The notes beneath the pieces are model-generated. The model worked only from the letters and a program-made list of their open reading frames with translations, was not told the DNA's origin and made no database searches. A stretch of 64,000 nt of DNA from Spirochaetia bacterium (GTDB lineage: Bacteria > Spirochaetota > Spirochaetia > CAKZLE01): contig OY782041.1 of the NCBI GenBank assembly GCA_963677595.1, forward strand, positions 1,472,001-1,536,000. Reading direction: 5' to 3'. The number at the start of each line of letters is the position of its first letter. Position 1 is the first letter of the stretch. Both the position numbers and the translations under genes were made by a program. This document shows positions 50,607 through 60,647 of the stretch, in pieces.

Positions 50607-51404
50607 ATGAGTTCGATACTGTTCGCCTTAGGGCTGACGCTCTTTGCCGGTCTTGCCACCGGGGTAGGGAGTGCTATAGCTTTCATCTCCAAGAAGTTCA
50701 ACCCGAAGTTCCTTGCCGGAGCCCTCGGTTTCTCAGCAGGAGTCATGATCTATGTCTCCTTCATCGAGATATTCGTCAAGGCCAGGGAATCTTTGAGCGT
50801 CCCCTTCGGGGAGACCAAGGGGTACTGGGTCACGACCATAGCGTTCTTCTGCGGGCTTGGATTGATCGCCCTTATTGACAAGCTCATACCCTCTTATGAG
50901 AACCCTCATGAGATCAGGAACATGGAGGTGGAACCTGATGCAGCCTCAGAGAAGCGCCTGCTGAGGATGGGCCTGTTCTCGGCCCTTGCCATTGCCATCC
51001 ATAATTTCCCTGAGGGTCTCGCTACCTTCATGGGTGCACTGACTGATCCGACCCTTGGTGTCAGCATCGCAGTGGCGATTGCGATCCATAACATCCCGGA
51101 GGGCGTGGCTGTCTCCGCACCGATCTACTATGCGACGAAGAGCAGAAAGAAGGCCTTCTGGCTCTCTTTCGCCTCCGGTCTTGCAGAACCGGTGGGAGCA
51201 CTGATCGGATTTTTCATCCTGCGCACCATATTCAGTGACTCTACGTTCGGGATCATCTTTGCCGGGGTCGCAGGCATCATGGTATATATATCCCTTGACG
51301 AACTCCTGCCGACCGCGGAGGAGTATGGAGAACACCATATCGCAATAGGGGGCCTCATTGCCGGTATGGTCGTCATGTCTCTCAGCCTCCTGATGTTCGC
51401 CTGA
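50607..51404 (+). CDS. zupT: ZIP-family divalent metal transporter ZupT
   Basis: [40 protein letters not shown]. Confidence 0.95.
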   Translation: MSSILFALGLTLFAGLATGVGSAIAFISKKFNPKFLAGALGFSAGVMIYVSFIEIFVKARESLSVPFGETKGYWVTTIAFFCGLGLIALIDKLIPSYENPHEIRNMEVEPDAASEKRLLRMGLFSALAIAIHNFPEGLATFMGALTDPTLGVSIAVAIAIHNIPEGVAVSAPIYYATKSRKKAFWLSFASGLAEPVGALIGFFILRTIFSDSTFGIIFAGVAGIMVYISLDELLPTAEEYGEHHIAIGGLIAGMVVMSLSLLMFA

Positions 51405-51414
51405 CCCTGATCTC

Positions 51415-51525
51415 TCAACCCTTCTTTGAACTCTCGTCCTTCACGCAGTAGTCTGCACATGTGGCGCAGTTGACCACACAGTTGTTCGGAGCGGTCACCA
51501 CAGTGAAATACGCGATCCTCACCAT
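51415..51525 (-). CDS. Putative 36-aa Cys-rich micro-protein, half-ferredoxin-like (MVRIAYFTVVTAPNNCVVNCATCADYCVKDESSKKG)
   Basis: TGATG overlap with the permease stop, Cx3Cx2Cx3C motif, mostly G/C-ending codons; absent from the ORF track. Confidence 0.55.
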   Translation of the reverse strand: MVRIAYFTVVTAPNNCVVNCATCADYCVKDESSKKG

Positions 51526-52277
51526 CAGGAGACGGCCTTCCTGACCCGCAGGACAGCCATGCAGAGGAAGAGGATGGAGTACGTGATGAGGATGAGGTAG
51601 TGGTACCCAGGTACCGGCCTCCCGAGGTAGGCTGCCCGGATCGCCGCAGAGGCATGGGTCAGGGGGATGATCTCCGTCAGGACCCTGAAGATCCCGGGGA
51701 GGGACTCTAACGAGAAAAAGGTCCCGGCAATGAAGGACATCGGGGTGATGACGAAGGACTGGAACGAGGTCATGTCCCGGTGGTTCTTCACCGACAGCGA
51801 TATCCAGAGGCCTAAGGAGGCGAACATGAAGCTATTGATCAGGACCGGCACGAGCAGGAGCAGGCTCCTTTCCGGGACGGCCCCGAAGAGCCTGCCGATG
51901 AGCAGCACCGCAAGGAAGCTGCAGGCTCCCTTCGTCATCCCGTACAGGACGTTCCCGAGCACGATGGAGAGCTCATGTGCCGGGGAGAGCAGGTACTCCT
52001 CGAAGAAATGGGTGAGGAACCGGGAGATGTTCACCTCCGTCGCGATGCTGAAGCTCATGGTCATCCCCGAGAGCGCGATGAGCCCGGGGACCATGAACGT
52101 CAGGTAGGGGATCCCCCCTACCGTCAGGTCCTTCCCCACCCCCCAGCCGAAGGCGAGGGCATAGAGCGCAGGGGAGAGGAAGAAGGAGACGAGGTTCTTC
52201 ACCGCCCTCGCCCTCAGGATGTACAATCCCCGCAGGTAGACGGCAAAGAAGGCACGTGCCTGTCCTGTAAAGCTCAT
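51525..52277 (-). CDS. ABC-2 type exporter permease (NodJ/YadH-like)
   Basis: YLTFMVPGL, EEYLLSP, PMSFIAGTFF, PLTHAS. Confidence 0.88.
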   Translation of the reverse strand: MSFTGQARAFFAVYLRGLYILRARAVKNLVSFFLSPALYALAFGWGVGKDLTVGGIPYLTFMVPGLIALSGMTMSFSIATEVNISRFLTHFFEEYLLSPAHELSIVLGNVLYGMTKGACSFLAVLLIGRLFGAVPERSLLLLVPVLINSFMFASLGLWISLSVKNHRDMTSFQSFVITPMSFIAGTFFSLESLPGIFRVLTEIIPLTHASAAIRAAYLGRPVPGYHYLILITYSILFLCMAVLRVRKAVS

Positions 52278-53128
52278 TTCTCCAACTCCTTTCCCGTAAG
52301 GTCGATGAAGACATCCTCAAGGGTCGTCTTCCGCACGATCAGCTCAACCACCGGGCTGCCGGTACCCTCGAGCGCCTCCTCATGGGTCGGGAAGAAGCTC
52401 ACCCGCTTCGCCATCCCCTCATACTCAAGTCGACACCAGCTGCCGAGGTCATCGATCAGCGAGTCGGCAGTCCCCCGCTTGATGATGCTCCCCTGGTGGA
52501 TGATCGAGATCGAGTCCGCATAGGTATGGGCCTCCTCCATATAATGGGTGGAGAAGAGGATGGTCTTGCCTGCTCTCTTGAGTGAGAGCAGGATATCCCA
52601 GATCGCCCGGCGGCTGGCAGGGTCGAGCCCCACGGTCGGTTCATCGAGGATCAGCAGTCCCGGGTCATGGAGCAGGGCCCTGATGATCTGCAGTTTCCGC
52701 TTCATCCCCCCGGAGAGGGATCGCACGACCTCATCCTTCTTGTCCTGCAGGCCGGCGACCTTCAGGAGTCTTTCTGCCCTCTCGGGGTATTCCCGTCTCG
52801 GGAGGTCGTACAGGTTCGCATGGATCCTCAGGTTCTGTGCCGCCGTCAGGTCGAGTTCGAGGTTGGCATGCTGGGAGACCACCCCTATCGAGGACCGGTA
52901 GGAGGCGGGATCCTTCCTGATATCCGTATCGAAGAAGTGAATACTCCCGGAAGTCGGGATACACAGCCCGCAGACCATGCTGATGGTCGTCGATTTCCCC
53001 GCACCGTTGGGTCCGAGGAAGGCATAGCAGCCACCCTCATCGAGACGGTAACTGACACTCCTCACGGCATGCGTCCCGTTCGGGTAGACCTTGTCCAGGT
53101 CCTTGAGCTCAAGGATCGATTCCTTCAT
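52274..53128 (-). CDS. ABC-2 type exporter ATP-binding protein (NodI/DrrA-like)
   Basis: GPNGAGKST, LSGGMKRK, LDEPTVGLDP, THYMEEA, TLEDVFIDLTG; start at 53128. Confidence 0.9.
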   Translation of the reverse strand: MKESILELKDLDKVYPNGTHAVRSVSYRLDEGGCYAFLGPNGAGKSTTISMVCGLCIPTSGSIHFFDTDIRKDPASYRSSIGVVSQHANLELDLTAAQNLRIHANLYDLPRREYPERAERLLKVAGLQDKKDEVVRSLSGGMKRKLQIIRALLHDPGLLILDEPTVGLDPASRRAIWDILLSLKRAGKTILFSTHYMEEAHTYADSISIIHQGSIIKRGTADSLIDDLGSWCRLEYEGMAKRVSFFPTHEEALEGTGSPVVELIVRKTTLEDVFIDLTGKELEK

Positions 53129-53919
53129 GCCAGCCGCCCCCTCTTCCCGCGGAGGGGGATGAAAAAGGGGCATCCATGCAGTTCATCCTGCATGATCCGG
53201 GTCTCGATCGAGAAGACCTCGGAGAGCATCTGCTCGGTCATGACCTCCTTCGGGGGCCCCTGGGCTGCCAGCCGTCCTTCCTGCATGACGAAGATCAGGT
53301 CCGAGTACCGGGCTGCCTGGTTCAGGTCATGCAGCACCATGAGTACCGTACGGCCGGTCTCCTTCTGGAGTGAGTCTACCATCTCAAGGGTCTGGAACTG
53401 GTGGGCGATGTCAAGGTAGGTGGTCGGCTCATCCATCAACAGGATCTCAGCCTCCTGGGCCAATGCCAGGGCAAGCCAGGCGCGCTGCCGTTCCCCGCCT
53501 GATACCTGGGTGAGATCCCTACCTGCGAGCATGCCGATCCCGGTCTGTTCCATCGCCCATTCCACGACCTCATGGTCATGGGCACCCATCCTCCCCATCC
53601 ACCCGAGATGAGGGAAGCGACCGTGGCTGACCAGTTCCCTGACGGAGAACTGGTCCGGTATATGGGGGGACTGGGCTACATAGGCAAGCTTCCTTGCCAG
53701 CTCCCGGGGGCTGAAGGAACATACCGTCCTCTCCCCTATCCTCACCGAACCTGAACGGAGCCTGAGGTTCCCCGACAAGCCTTTTACCAGGGTCGACTTC
53801 CCGCAGCCGTTCGGGCCGATGACCGAGCAGAAGCTGCCGGCAGGTATCCTGATCGAGAGATCCTCGATGATGGTCTCCCCGCCATACCCGAGACTGATGT
53901 GTTCCGCCTGTATTGCCAT
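53125..53919 (-). CDS. Fe-chelate/cobalamin ABC importer ATPase (BtuD/FhuC-like)
   Basis: GPNGCGKST, SGGERQRAW, DEPTTYLD, VLHDLNQA. Confidence 0.9.
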   Translation of the reverse strand: MAIQAEHISLGYGGETIIEDLSIRIPAGSFCSVIGPNGCGKSTLVKGLSGNLRLRSGSVRIGERTVCSFSPRELARKLAYVAQSPHIPDQFSVRELVSHGRFPHLGWMGRMGAHDHEVVEWAMEQTGIGMLAGRDLTQVSGGERQRAWLALALAQEAEILLMDEPTTYLDIAHQFQTLEMVDSLQKETGRTVLMVLHDLNQAARYSDLIFVMQEGRLAAQGPPKEVMTEQMLSEVFSIETRIMQDELHGCPFFIPLRGKRGRLA

Positions 53920-53920
53920 A

Positions 53921-54946
53921 TTACCTCCCTGCCCCCTTCCTGATCCCGCCTTTCCGCAGCAGGTAGAGGAAGAACGGCCCGCCGAGCAGCGACATGATGA
54001 TGCCTACCGGCAGTTCGAGCGGCCTGATGACCACCCGGCCGACCAGGTCACAGGAGACGACGATGACCGCCCCGAGCAGGGCGGACCCCGGGACTAGGTA
54101 CTTCGCGTTGTTCCCGATGACCAGTCGTGCGAGGTGCGGCACGATCAACCCCACGAACCCGAGGAGACCGACGATACTGACTGCCGAAGCGGCCAGCAGC
54201 GAGGAGATGAGGATGAACAGCATGCGTACCCGCTCGACCTTCACCCCGAGGCTCCTCGCCGTATCATCCCCGAGCAGCAGGATGTTGAGCTGTGGGGAGA
54301 GCAGGAGCGAGAGGACGAGACCGGCTAGCGTATAGGGCCACATACCCGTGACATCAGCCCAGGTGATCGAGGAGAGGGACCCAACCATGAACCCGATGAC
54401 GTTCTGCACCCGGTCAGGGTAGAAGATCATCAGGGCGTTCGACCCGGCACCCAGGAAGGAGGATACCGCGATGCCGGAGAGCACCAGCCTCAAGGGGTTG
54501 GAACCTTCCTTCCAGGCAAGGGAATAGACCACGATCGTCGTGAGGAAGGCCCCGAAGAACGCGATCGGGGTCACCAGGTAGTAGAGGCCGGGGAAGAGGA
54601 TCAGCACTGACACTGCCGCAAGGCCAGCACCGGAGGAGACCCCGATGATGTTCGGGGAGGCCAGGGGGTTGCGCATGACCCCCTGGAGCAGGCAGCCGGA
54701 CAAGGCCAGGGACATCCCGACCAGCCCCGCCACGATCACCCGGGGGATACGGATCTTCACCAGGATACGGTGCCTGGTACTCTCATGGTCGACAAAGAGA
54801 TAGTGAAACACCTCTCCGAGGCTGAGTTGGGTGGACCCGACAGCGACCGCCGCGAAGAAGGCGACCACCAGGACGATGGCAAGCACCCCGAGTACGGCGA
54901 GCCTATAGCTGGTATGGGTCCTGATATCGCCTCCTGCTGCCATCAC
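53921..54946 (-). CDS. FecCD/BtuC-family permease
   Basis: RIPR, RNPLASP.IIGVSSGA, GFVGLIVPHLAR, ELPVG..GGPFF. Confidence 0.92.
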   Translation of the reverse strand: MMAAGGDIRTHTSYRLAVLGVLAIVLVVAFFAAVAVGSTQLSLGEVFHYLFVDHESTRHRILVKIRIPRVIVAGLVGMSLALSGCLLQGVMRNPLASPNIIGVSSGAGLAAVSVLILFPGLYYLVTPIAFFGAFLTTIVVYSLAWKEGSNPLRLVLSGIAVSSFLGAGSNALMIFYPDRVQNVIGFMVGSLSSITWADVTGMWPYTLAGLVLSLLLSPQLNILLLGDDTARSLGVKVERVRMLFILISSLLAASAVSIVGLLGFVGLIVPHLARLVIGNNAKYLVPGSALLGAVIVVSCDLVGRVVIRPLELPVGIIMSLLGGPFFLYLLRKGGIRKGAGR

Positions 54947-55929
54947 CTCTCCTCAAACGTGAAGGGCACCCCTGGATAGAGGTACTCAGCCATCGTCTTG
55001 AAGGCCTCAGGATAGAACCGATTCGGCTTGTAGATGGAGAAGTCCTTATCGAGGTAGTAGAAGCGGCCGTTCTTCACTGCCGTGAGGTCTCCCCAGATAT
55101 CGCTGTCGATGATGTCCTCCTGTATCCGTTCCCGGCACTTCTCGATATCACCCATGGTGGTGGCGAAGATGATGTCGGGATCCTGCTCAAGGATATACTC
55201 GAGGCTCAATTCCACCCGGGTGGCCCCCTCGATCGTGTCATCCCGGTAGATGTTCTCTGCCCCGAGCTGCTCGCAGAAATACCCGGCTATGGTATTCTGC
55301 GTCTCGACCTTCACGTACCGGGTAGAACTGAAGAGGATGCAGACGGTCGGCCCGTCTTCAGGGACCTGGTTGATGATCGACTGCACATCCCGCTGGTAGG
55401 GGATCATGGTCCGCTCATAGAGGTCCCTGGTTGAGTTGAGCCTGGTGAAGAGGTCCAGGATGACCCGGAAGTCATCATAGGTGCTGTAACTGATCGAGAC
55501 TCCCGGTATACCTTCTGCCTCGAAGAGGTCGCGGATCCCGACCTGGGTCTCGGTCGCTGAGACGACCAGGAAGTCTGGTTCGAGTTCCATGATCATCTCG
55601 CTGTTGATCGTGCTGATGGTCCCCAGCACCGGGAGGTCGAGGGCCTCCTCCGGGACGTTCGTCGTCCCCTTCACCTTGGCAAGAGAGGTCCCGCCGGCCA
55701 TGTACCAGAGATCCAGGATCGAGTTCAGCGTCACCACGGTCCGTTCCGGGTCCTTCGGCAGCTCCACGATATTCCCGGTAGCCTCCCGGAAGGTGACGGT
55801 CGTGTCCGTCTCCCCGAGGACTGCCATCCTCGATTCGGCCTCATGCAATACCATCTCCTGCTGTGCCGCTGCAAACAGCTGCACCCCCATGACCAGCAGG
55901 ACTATAGCTGCTGCAATGTTCTTTCTCAT
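54943..55929 (-). CDS. BtuF/FecB-like substrate-binding protein
   Basis: Signal peptide, PKDPERTV, LEPD, QDPDII, LTAVKNGR. Confidence 0.88.
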   Translation of the reverse strand: MRKNIAAAIVLLVMGVQLFAAAQQEMVLHEAESRMAVLGETDTTVTFREATGNIVELPKDPERTVVTLNSILDLWYMAGGTSLAKVKGTTNVPEEALDLPVLGTISTINSEMIMELEPDFLVVSATETQVGIRDLFEAEGIPGVSISYSTYDDFRVILDLFTRLNSTRDLYERTMIPYQRDVQSIINQVPEDGPTVCILFSSTRYVKVETQNTIAGYFCEQLGAENIYRDDTIEGATRVELSLEYILEQDPDIIFATTMGDIEKCRERIQEDIIDSDIWGDLTAVKNGRFYYLDKDFSIYKPNRFYPEAFKTMAEYLYPGVPFTFEER

Positions 55930-56000
55930 AGTACGTCCTCCAAATTCTCAGAATCATCCATGACCCTGTTATCGATATCTCCTGCAGTCTCCTGCTTCTC

Positions 56001-56741
56001 CTACACGGTATAGCCCCTCGGGGTGACCATACGGTCCCCCAGGATCTTCGTCGCACTGTTCCCGATGACCACGACGGTGCTCATATCGACCAGCTCCTGC
56101 CGCCTGGAGGCCTCCTCCAGGGGCATGCAGCTTACAGCCTGCCCCTCACGATAGGCATTCCGGACGATCCCGACCGGTACGGTCCCTGACCCCCTCTCCA
56201 GGTACTCCCTGAGTACCCAGTCATAGAGCTCCACCCGCTTCATGCTCTTCGGGTTGTAGAGGACCAGGACATAATCCCCCTCGATCGCCATCCTGACCCG
56301 CTTCCTGATGAGCTCAGGATCGGTAAGGAGGTCACTGAGCGAGAGGACCACGAAGTCATGGATGAGCGGGGCACCGAGGAGGGCAGCGGCAGCTGTGGCC
56401 GCGGTGACCCCCGGTATGACGGTGATACGGTCATACTCTTCCTCCTCAGCCAGCTCATAGATGAGTCCTGCAAGGGAGAAGACCCCGGCATCACCGCCGC
56501 AGATGAGGGCGACATCTTTCCCTCCCCGCATGGCATCGAGTGCGTACCTGCACCGGTCGATCTCCCCGCGCATGCCGTTGGAGAAGACCTCCTTGCCTTC
56601 GACCAATTCCGCGATGAGCTCGACATACTTCCGGTAGCCGATGATGTAGTCAGCACTCCTGACAGCATCACGCGCGGCAGCGCTGATGAGATCCACCGAG
56701 CCCGGCCCGGTACTCACGATAGAGAGCATTCCATTTCCCAT
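56001..56741 (-). CDS. cbiH: Cobalt-precorrin-3 C17-methyltransferase
   Basis: GPG, GDAGV, LGAPLIHDF..SLSDLLT, LYNPKS, DMST, TPRGY. Confidence 0.93.
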   Translation of the reverse strand: MGNGMLSIVSTGPGSVDLISAAARDAVRSADYIIGYRKYVELIAELVEGKEVFSNGMRGEIDRCRYALDAMRGGKDVALICGGDAGVFSLAGLIYELAEEEEYDRITVIPGVTAATAAAALLGAPLIHDFVVLSLSDLLTDPELIRKRVRMAIEGDYVLVLYNPKSMKRVELYDWVLREYLERGSGTVPVGIVRNAYREGQAVSCMPLEEASRRQELVDMSTVVVIGNSATKILGDRMVTPRGYTV

Positions 56742-57488
56742 CTAATCCAACTCCTCTTTCACGATGGCGACCGTGACATTCCCGCAGACCCTGCGTTCCA
56801 GGGCCAGGGTTCCCCTCTTTGCCGTGATCAGGGCACAGGGTTCTGCCACCCCCTCGATCCCGAACCTCCTCAGAGCTGCCTCACTGATCGTCGCCGCACC
56901 GGTGAATCGTTTGAGCCGGTACTCCGGTACGAAGAGGATCGGCAGGCCCATCTGCCCACAGGCAGTGACCAGGCCTTCCTCCTCCCTCTTCAGCCAGGCT
57001 GATGCGCAGACCCGCACTTCTGAAGCTGTTATTCCCAGGGCTTCCAGGCTCTCCGTCACGGCAGCCCTGACCTCGGATGGGGAGACACCGAGCCTGCAGC
57101 CGATACCGACCACATACTGCTTCCGGGTCTCGGTCGCGGTAGTGATCACCGGTTGTGCCCCGAGCAGTATCCCTACCGTCCAGGCCAGGTCATTGGCGCC
57201 CCCCTCATGCCCGGACAACGCAGAGATCGCATAGCGGCAGGCATCATCCACGACGACCACTGCAGGGTCCTCATATTTGCTGGTGATCTGTCCCGCGATC
57301 ACCCGGTAGACGATACCGATGGCCATGAAGAAGACGAGTCCGTCGTACTCCTGGAAATGGGCAGCTGCCCAGGCCCTGAGGTTTCCCTTCCCCCGCACAT
57401 CGACCAGCTCGCTTCCCGGCAGCCTCCGCTGCAGGCGCTTGGCTGAAGCAAGGCTCGAATCGGTGATCGCAATCAGGGCGATCTTCAT
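56742..57488 (-). CDS. cbiG: Cobalt-precorrin-5A hydrolase, short form
   Basis: MAIGIVYR, DPAVVVVD, LSGHEGGAN, ITTAT, GIGCR, GVAEP. Confidence 0.9.
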   Translation of the reverse strand: MKIALIAITDSSLASAKRLQRRLPGSELVDVRGKGNLRAWAAAHFQEYDGLVFFMAIGIVYRVIAGQITSKYEDPAVVVVDDACRYAISALSGHEGGANDLAWTVGILLGAQPVITTATETRKQYVVGIGCRLGVSPSEVRAAVTESLEALGITASEVRVCASAWLKREEEGLVTACGQMGLPILFVPEYRLKRFTGAATISEAALRRFGIEGVAEPCALITAKRGTLALERRVCGNVTVAIVKEELD

Positions 57489-58240
57489 ACCTTCCCCTCC
57501 CGGTAGCCGTGGGTGAAGTGAGCGTCATAGAGCTTCGAGAGTTCGAACTCGTTGTCGAGCACCTTCCCGACCACGATCAGGGACTGCCTCGTCAGGCTGT
57601 TCTCTCTCACGGTCGTATGGAGGTCTGAAAGTACTCCCCTGAAGACCCGCTGTTCCGGCCAGCCTGCACGGTAGACGATCGCGAAGGGGGTCTGAGGCGG
57701 GTACTCCGTCAGGAGTCTCTCCTCTACCTCCTTCGACTTCCCGACACTCAGGAAGAGGACCATCGTTGCCTGCGCCTTCGCAAGCAGGGCCAGGTCCTCC
57801 TGCTCCGGGGTCGGCGTACGCCCGGCGATACGGGTGATGATGACTGTCTGGCTGACCCCCGGGAGGGTCAGCTCCTGTTCGAGCACAGCCGCTGAAGCCT
57901 GGAAGGATGATACCCCCGGTACCACTTCGAAGGGTATTCCTTCCCGCCTGAGGAAGGCGATCTGCTCCCCGATCGCCCCATAGAGGGAGGGGTCCCCCGT
58001 ATGGACGCGGGCAATCGTGATATCCTGCCCCGCATACTTCTTATACACGGAACAGACCTCATCAAGGGCCATGCCTGCCGAGTCATGGATCTCCGCAGTA
58101 TCCCGCGCATATCCCAGGATCCGCTTCGGCACCAGGGACCCGGCATAGATGATGACTGCCGCCTCCCCGATGATCCGCGCTCCCTTGACCGTGATCAATT
58201 CAGGGTCTCCCGGACCCGCTCCGATGAACCATACTTTCAT
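57485..58240 (-). CDS. cbiF: Cobalt-precorrin-4 C11-methyltransferase
   Basis: FIGAGPGDPELITVKG, YAGSLV, HTGDPSLYGAIGEQ, SKLY...FTHGYR; start at 58240. Confidence 0.95.
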   Translation of the reverse strand: MKVWFIGAGPGDPELITVKGARIIGEAAVIIYAGSLVPKRILGYARDTAEIHDSAGMALDEVCSVYKKYAGQDITIARVHTGDPSLYGAIGEQIAFLRREGIPFEVVPGVSSFQASAAVLEQELTLPGVSQTVIITRIAGRTPTPEQEDLALLAKAQATMVLFLSVGKSKEVEERLLTEYPPQTPFAIVYRAGWPEQRVFRGVLSDLHTTVRENSLTRQSLIVVGKVLDNEFELSKLYDAHFTHGYREGKV

Positions 58241-58241
58241 G

Positions 58242-58964
58242 TCACTTCCCCTCGCTCTTCTCGATGAACAGGATCGACAGGTTCCCGTCTGCCTGTCGTA
58301 TCTCCTCCAGCCCGTGATACACTTCACGGTCAGAGAGGCCCGCCTTCTTCACCAGGCTGATGCCATACCCGTCTTCGATACCGGCAAGCCACTGTACGGC
58401 ATCACCGATCCGCTTGCCGATCTTCATGCAGACCAGCTTCGCATGCCGGTCCAGCAGCTGTCTCAACCGTCCTTCCGTCTCCGGGAACGGTACGACGACC
58501 AGCTCCTCATCCCCGATGACCAGGGGGGATGTGAGCTCTGCCGCTGCGGCCTGGAGGCTCGAGATCCCCGGGACCATCGTGATCGGCACCTGCCCATCCA
58601 GTCTTTTCAGGGCACCGGTCAGGTAGGCCATCGTACTGTAGATCGAAGGGTCCCCGAGGGTGACGCAGAGGAAGTATCCTGACCTCTCGATCACGGAACG
58701 GATCTCAACAGCCTTGCAGTCCCAGTGCTCCTGCCTCAGGGCGACACTCCTCGCCATGGAGAAGTCGATCTCCCTGAGCTCAGCCTTCAGGTCGGGCAGG
58801 CTGATGAGTATATCCTGCACCAGGGAGCCGGAGGCCCGTCCCTTCGGGATATGGATGACGTCAGCTTCCTGCAGGACCTGCAGGGCACGCAGAGTGACCA
58901 TCCTCGGATCCCCAGGCCCGATCCCCACGCAGTAGAGGCCTCTCAAAGAAGAATCATCACACAT
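58242..58964 (-). CDS. cbiL: Cobalt-precorrin-2 C20-methyltransferase
   Basis: VGIGPGDP, TLGDPSIYST, VPGISS, MK motif. Confidence 0.9.
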   Translation of the reverse strand: MCDDSSLRGLYCVGIGPGDPRMVTLRALQVLQEADVIHIPKGRASGSLVQDILISLPDLKAELREIDFSMARSVALRQEHWDCKAVEIRSVIERSGYFLCVTLGDPSIYSTMAYLTGALKRLDGQVPITMVPGISSLQAAAAELTSPLVIGDEELVVVPFPETEGRLRQLLDRHAKLVCMKIGKRIGDAVQWLAGIEDGYGISLVKKAGLSDREVYHGLEEIRQADGNLSILFIEKSEGK

Positions 58965-59554
58965 AGCCTGTACTCCTCCTCCGGCACCTCTGCCGCCGTC
59001 ATCTGCAGGATCTCCTCAGCTTCATAGGAGAGGTCACTGCCGATCACGACAACCCTCTCTCCCTGGTCATGTTCGCAGAGATACCCTGCGACCCTTGATG
59101 GTGTGTGTTCCCGGTCAAGGAGCAGGACGGTCCTCTCATCGTCGAGCAGTTCCTCCCAAGACTCCGGCAGACTCCCGTGCAGGCTCAGGAGCCTGCTTCC
59201 CTGCCAGGGGAGCCCGATCCTGGAAAACAGGTACTGGAAACTGCTCAGCCCCGGGATGATCGCTATCGGTATACCTGGGAACTGTTCCCGGATGAGTCTC
59301 AGGGGACTGTGATAGCAGGGGTCTCCCGACACCAGCACGGCCAGCCTCTGTGCCGGATGCTCCAGAAGGGCCCTTCGAATGACAGACCCATAGTCCCCCT
59401 GCAGCGGGATCAGGGTCTTCCCCTCCCCACCACAGGCTTCGAGATGTCTCTCCCCTCCTATGAGTACGTCGGCCTCCTCGATGCACGTCACTGCCTGCGG
59501 CAGGATGTAGGCAGGATCCCCCGGGCCCATCCCGACGATTGAGAGATCAGTCAT
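58943..59554 (-). CDS. cbiE: Cobalt-precorrin-7 C5-methyltransferase, stand-alone
   Basis: VGMGPG, GGERHL, SGDP, PGLSSFQ, SLHG, LSYEAE. Confidence 0.88.
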   Translation of the reverse strand: MTDLSIVGMGPGDPAYILPQAVTCIEEADVLIGGERHLEACGGEGKTLIPLQGDYGSVIRRALLEHPAQRLAVLVSGDPCYHSPLRLIREQFPGIPIAIIPGLSSFQYLFSRIGLPWQGSRLLSLHGSLPESWEELLDDERTVLLLDREHTPSRVAGYLCEHDQGERVVVIGSDLSYEAEEILQMTAAEVPEEEYRLCVMILL

Positions 59555-60647
59555 CGGCTGCCTCCCCGGCTGAGAGATCCGACAGGACCTCGCCTGAGAG
59601 GTCCAGGAGCACTGACCGTATGGGAATCCTCTTCTTCATATAGAGGAGGCACCGTTCGAGAAGCTTCCGGTTGATCGAATCGAAGGTCTCCGGCAGGTTG
59701 TGCTCTCTGATGAACTTCGCAGCCTCCTCAGCTGTTGCGGCATCCATGATCCTGCCGACGAGCCCCCGGTCCGCTCCTGTCAGGGCAGCATGTGCTGCAA
59801 TGGTCTCGAGCCGTGCATCCCCATAGGTGCAGTGGGTGTTGAACAGCCCTGCCGCGACCTTCGCCATCTTCCCGATATGGGCACAGAGGATGATCTGACT
59901 GAACTCCTGTGCGACCGCTTTGTCGAGGGCAAAGCCGGCATAGTCGCCGAAAAGGATCGTCTGCTCTTCGGGGATTCCCCGTGCCGCGGTATACTTCTCC
60001 CCGACATAGCCTGAAAGCAGATAGACCTGCTCGAAACCGCTCTGTCTCACGACCCGTACATTGAGTGCTATCGAGCTCTTGTAGGCCCTCGAGGACTTCG
60101 GTTCGATGATGCCCGAAGTACCTATGATGCTGATCCCACCCTCGACCCCCAGTCGCGGGTTCCAGGTCCTCTTCGCGAGTTCCTCGCCTTCCGGGACGCT
60201 GATGGTCACCGAGAAGCCGCTGCCGTCTCTCTGCAGGGGGGTGAGCTCTTTCTCGATACGTCTTCTTGGCCTGGGATTAATCGCAGGACTTCCCGGCGAG
60301 ATCGGCAGCCCCTCCCGAGTCACGGTCCCCACCCCTGTCCCGCCGAGGACCAGGATACGGGAATCTTCGTTGAAAGAGACTTCCGCACGGAACTCCTTCC
60401 CGTTGGTGACATCGTCATCATCCCCGCTGTCCTTGTAGATACCGTAGCAGGCTGACTCACCGTCCCTCGAGATCTCATACACGGGAAGCTCCAGCGTCAT
60501 TGAGGGGAGGACTACCGGTATGAGGTCTATCGTCCTCTGCTCGACGAGGGCTGTTGCGGCAGCCTTCGCCGCAGCCTGGGCACAGGTGCCCGAGGTAAAC
60601 CCCCTCCTGAGTCCGTCAACGGTACCGAGGACCTTCCTATACTCCAT
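59547..60647 (-). CDS. cbiD: Cobalt-precorrin-5B C1-methyltransferase
   Basis: LRRGFTSGTCA, KDSGDDDDVT, TWNPRLGVEGGISIIGTSG, GKMAKVAAG. Confidence 0.95.
   Translation of the reverse strand: MEYRKVLGTVDGLRRGFTSGTCAQAAAKAAATALVEQRTIDLIPVVLPSMTLELPVYEISRDGESACYGIYKDSGDDDDVTNGKEFRAEVSFNEDSRILVLGGTGVGTVTREGLPISPGSPAINPRPRRRIEKELTPLQRDGSGFSVTISVPEGEELAKRTWNPRLGVEGGISIIGTSGIIEPKSSRAYKSSIALNVRVVRQSGFEQVYLLSGYVGEKYTAARGIPEEQTILFGDYAGFALDKAVAQEFSQIILCAHIGKMAKVAAGLFNTHCTYGDARLETIAAHAALTGADRGLVGRIMDAATAEEAAKFIREHNLPETFDSINRKLLERCLLYMKKRIPIRSVLLDLSGEVLSDLSAGEAADD

Noticed and set aside
51415-51525. Radical SAM reading of the CxxxCxxC motif
   Set aside because: The peptide is far too short for a radical SAM barrel, lacks the aromatic residue before the third Cys, and has a fourth Cys in ferredoxin spacing
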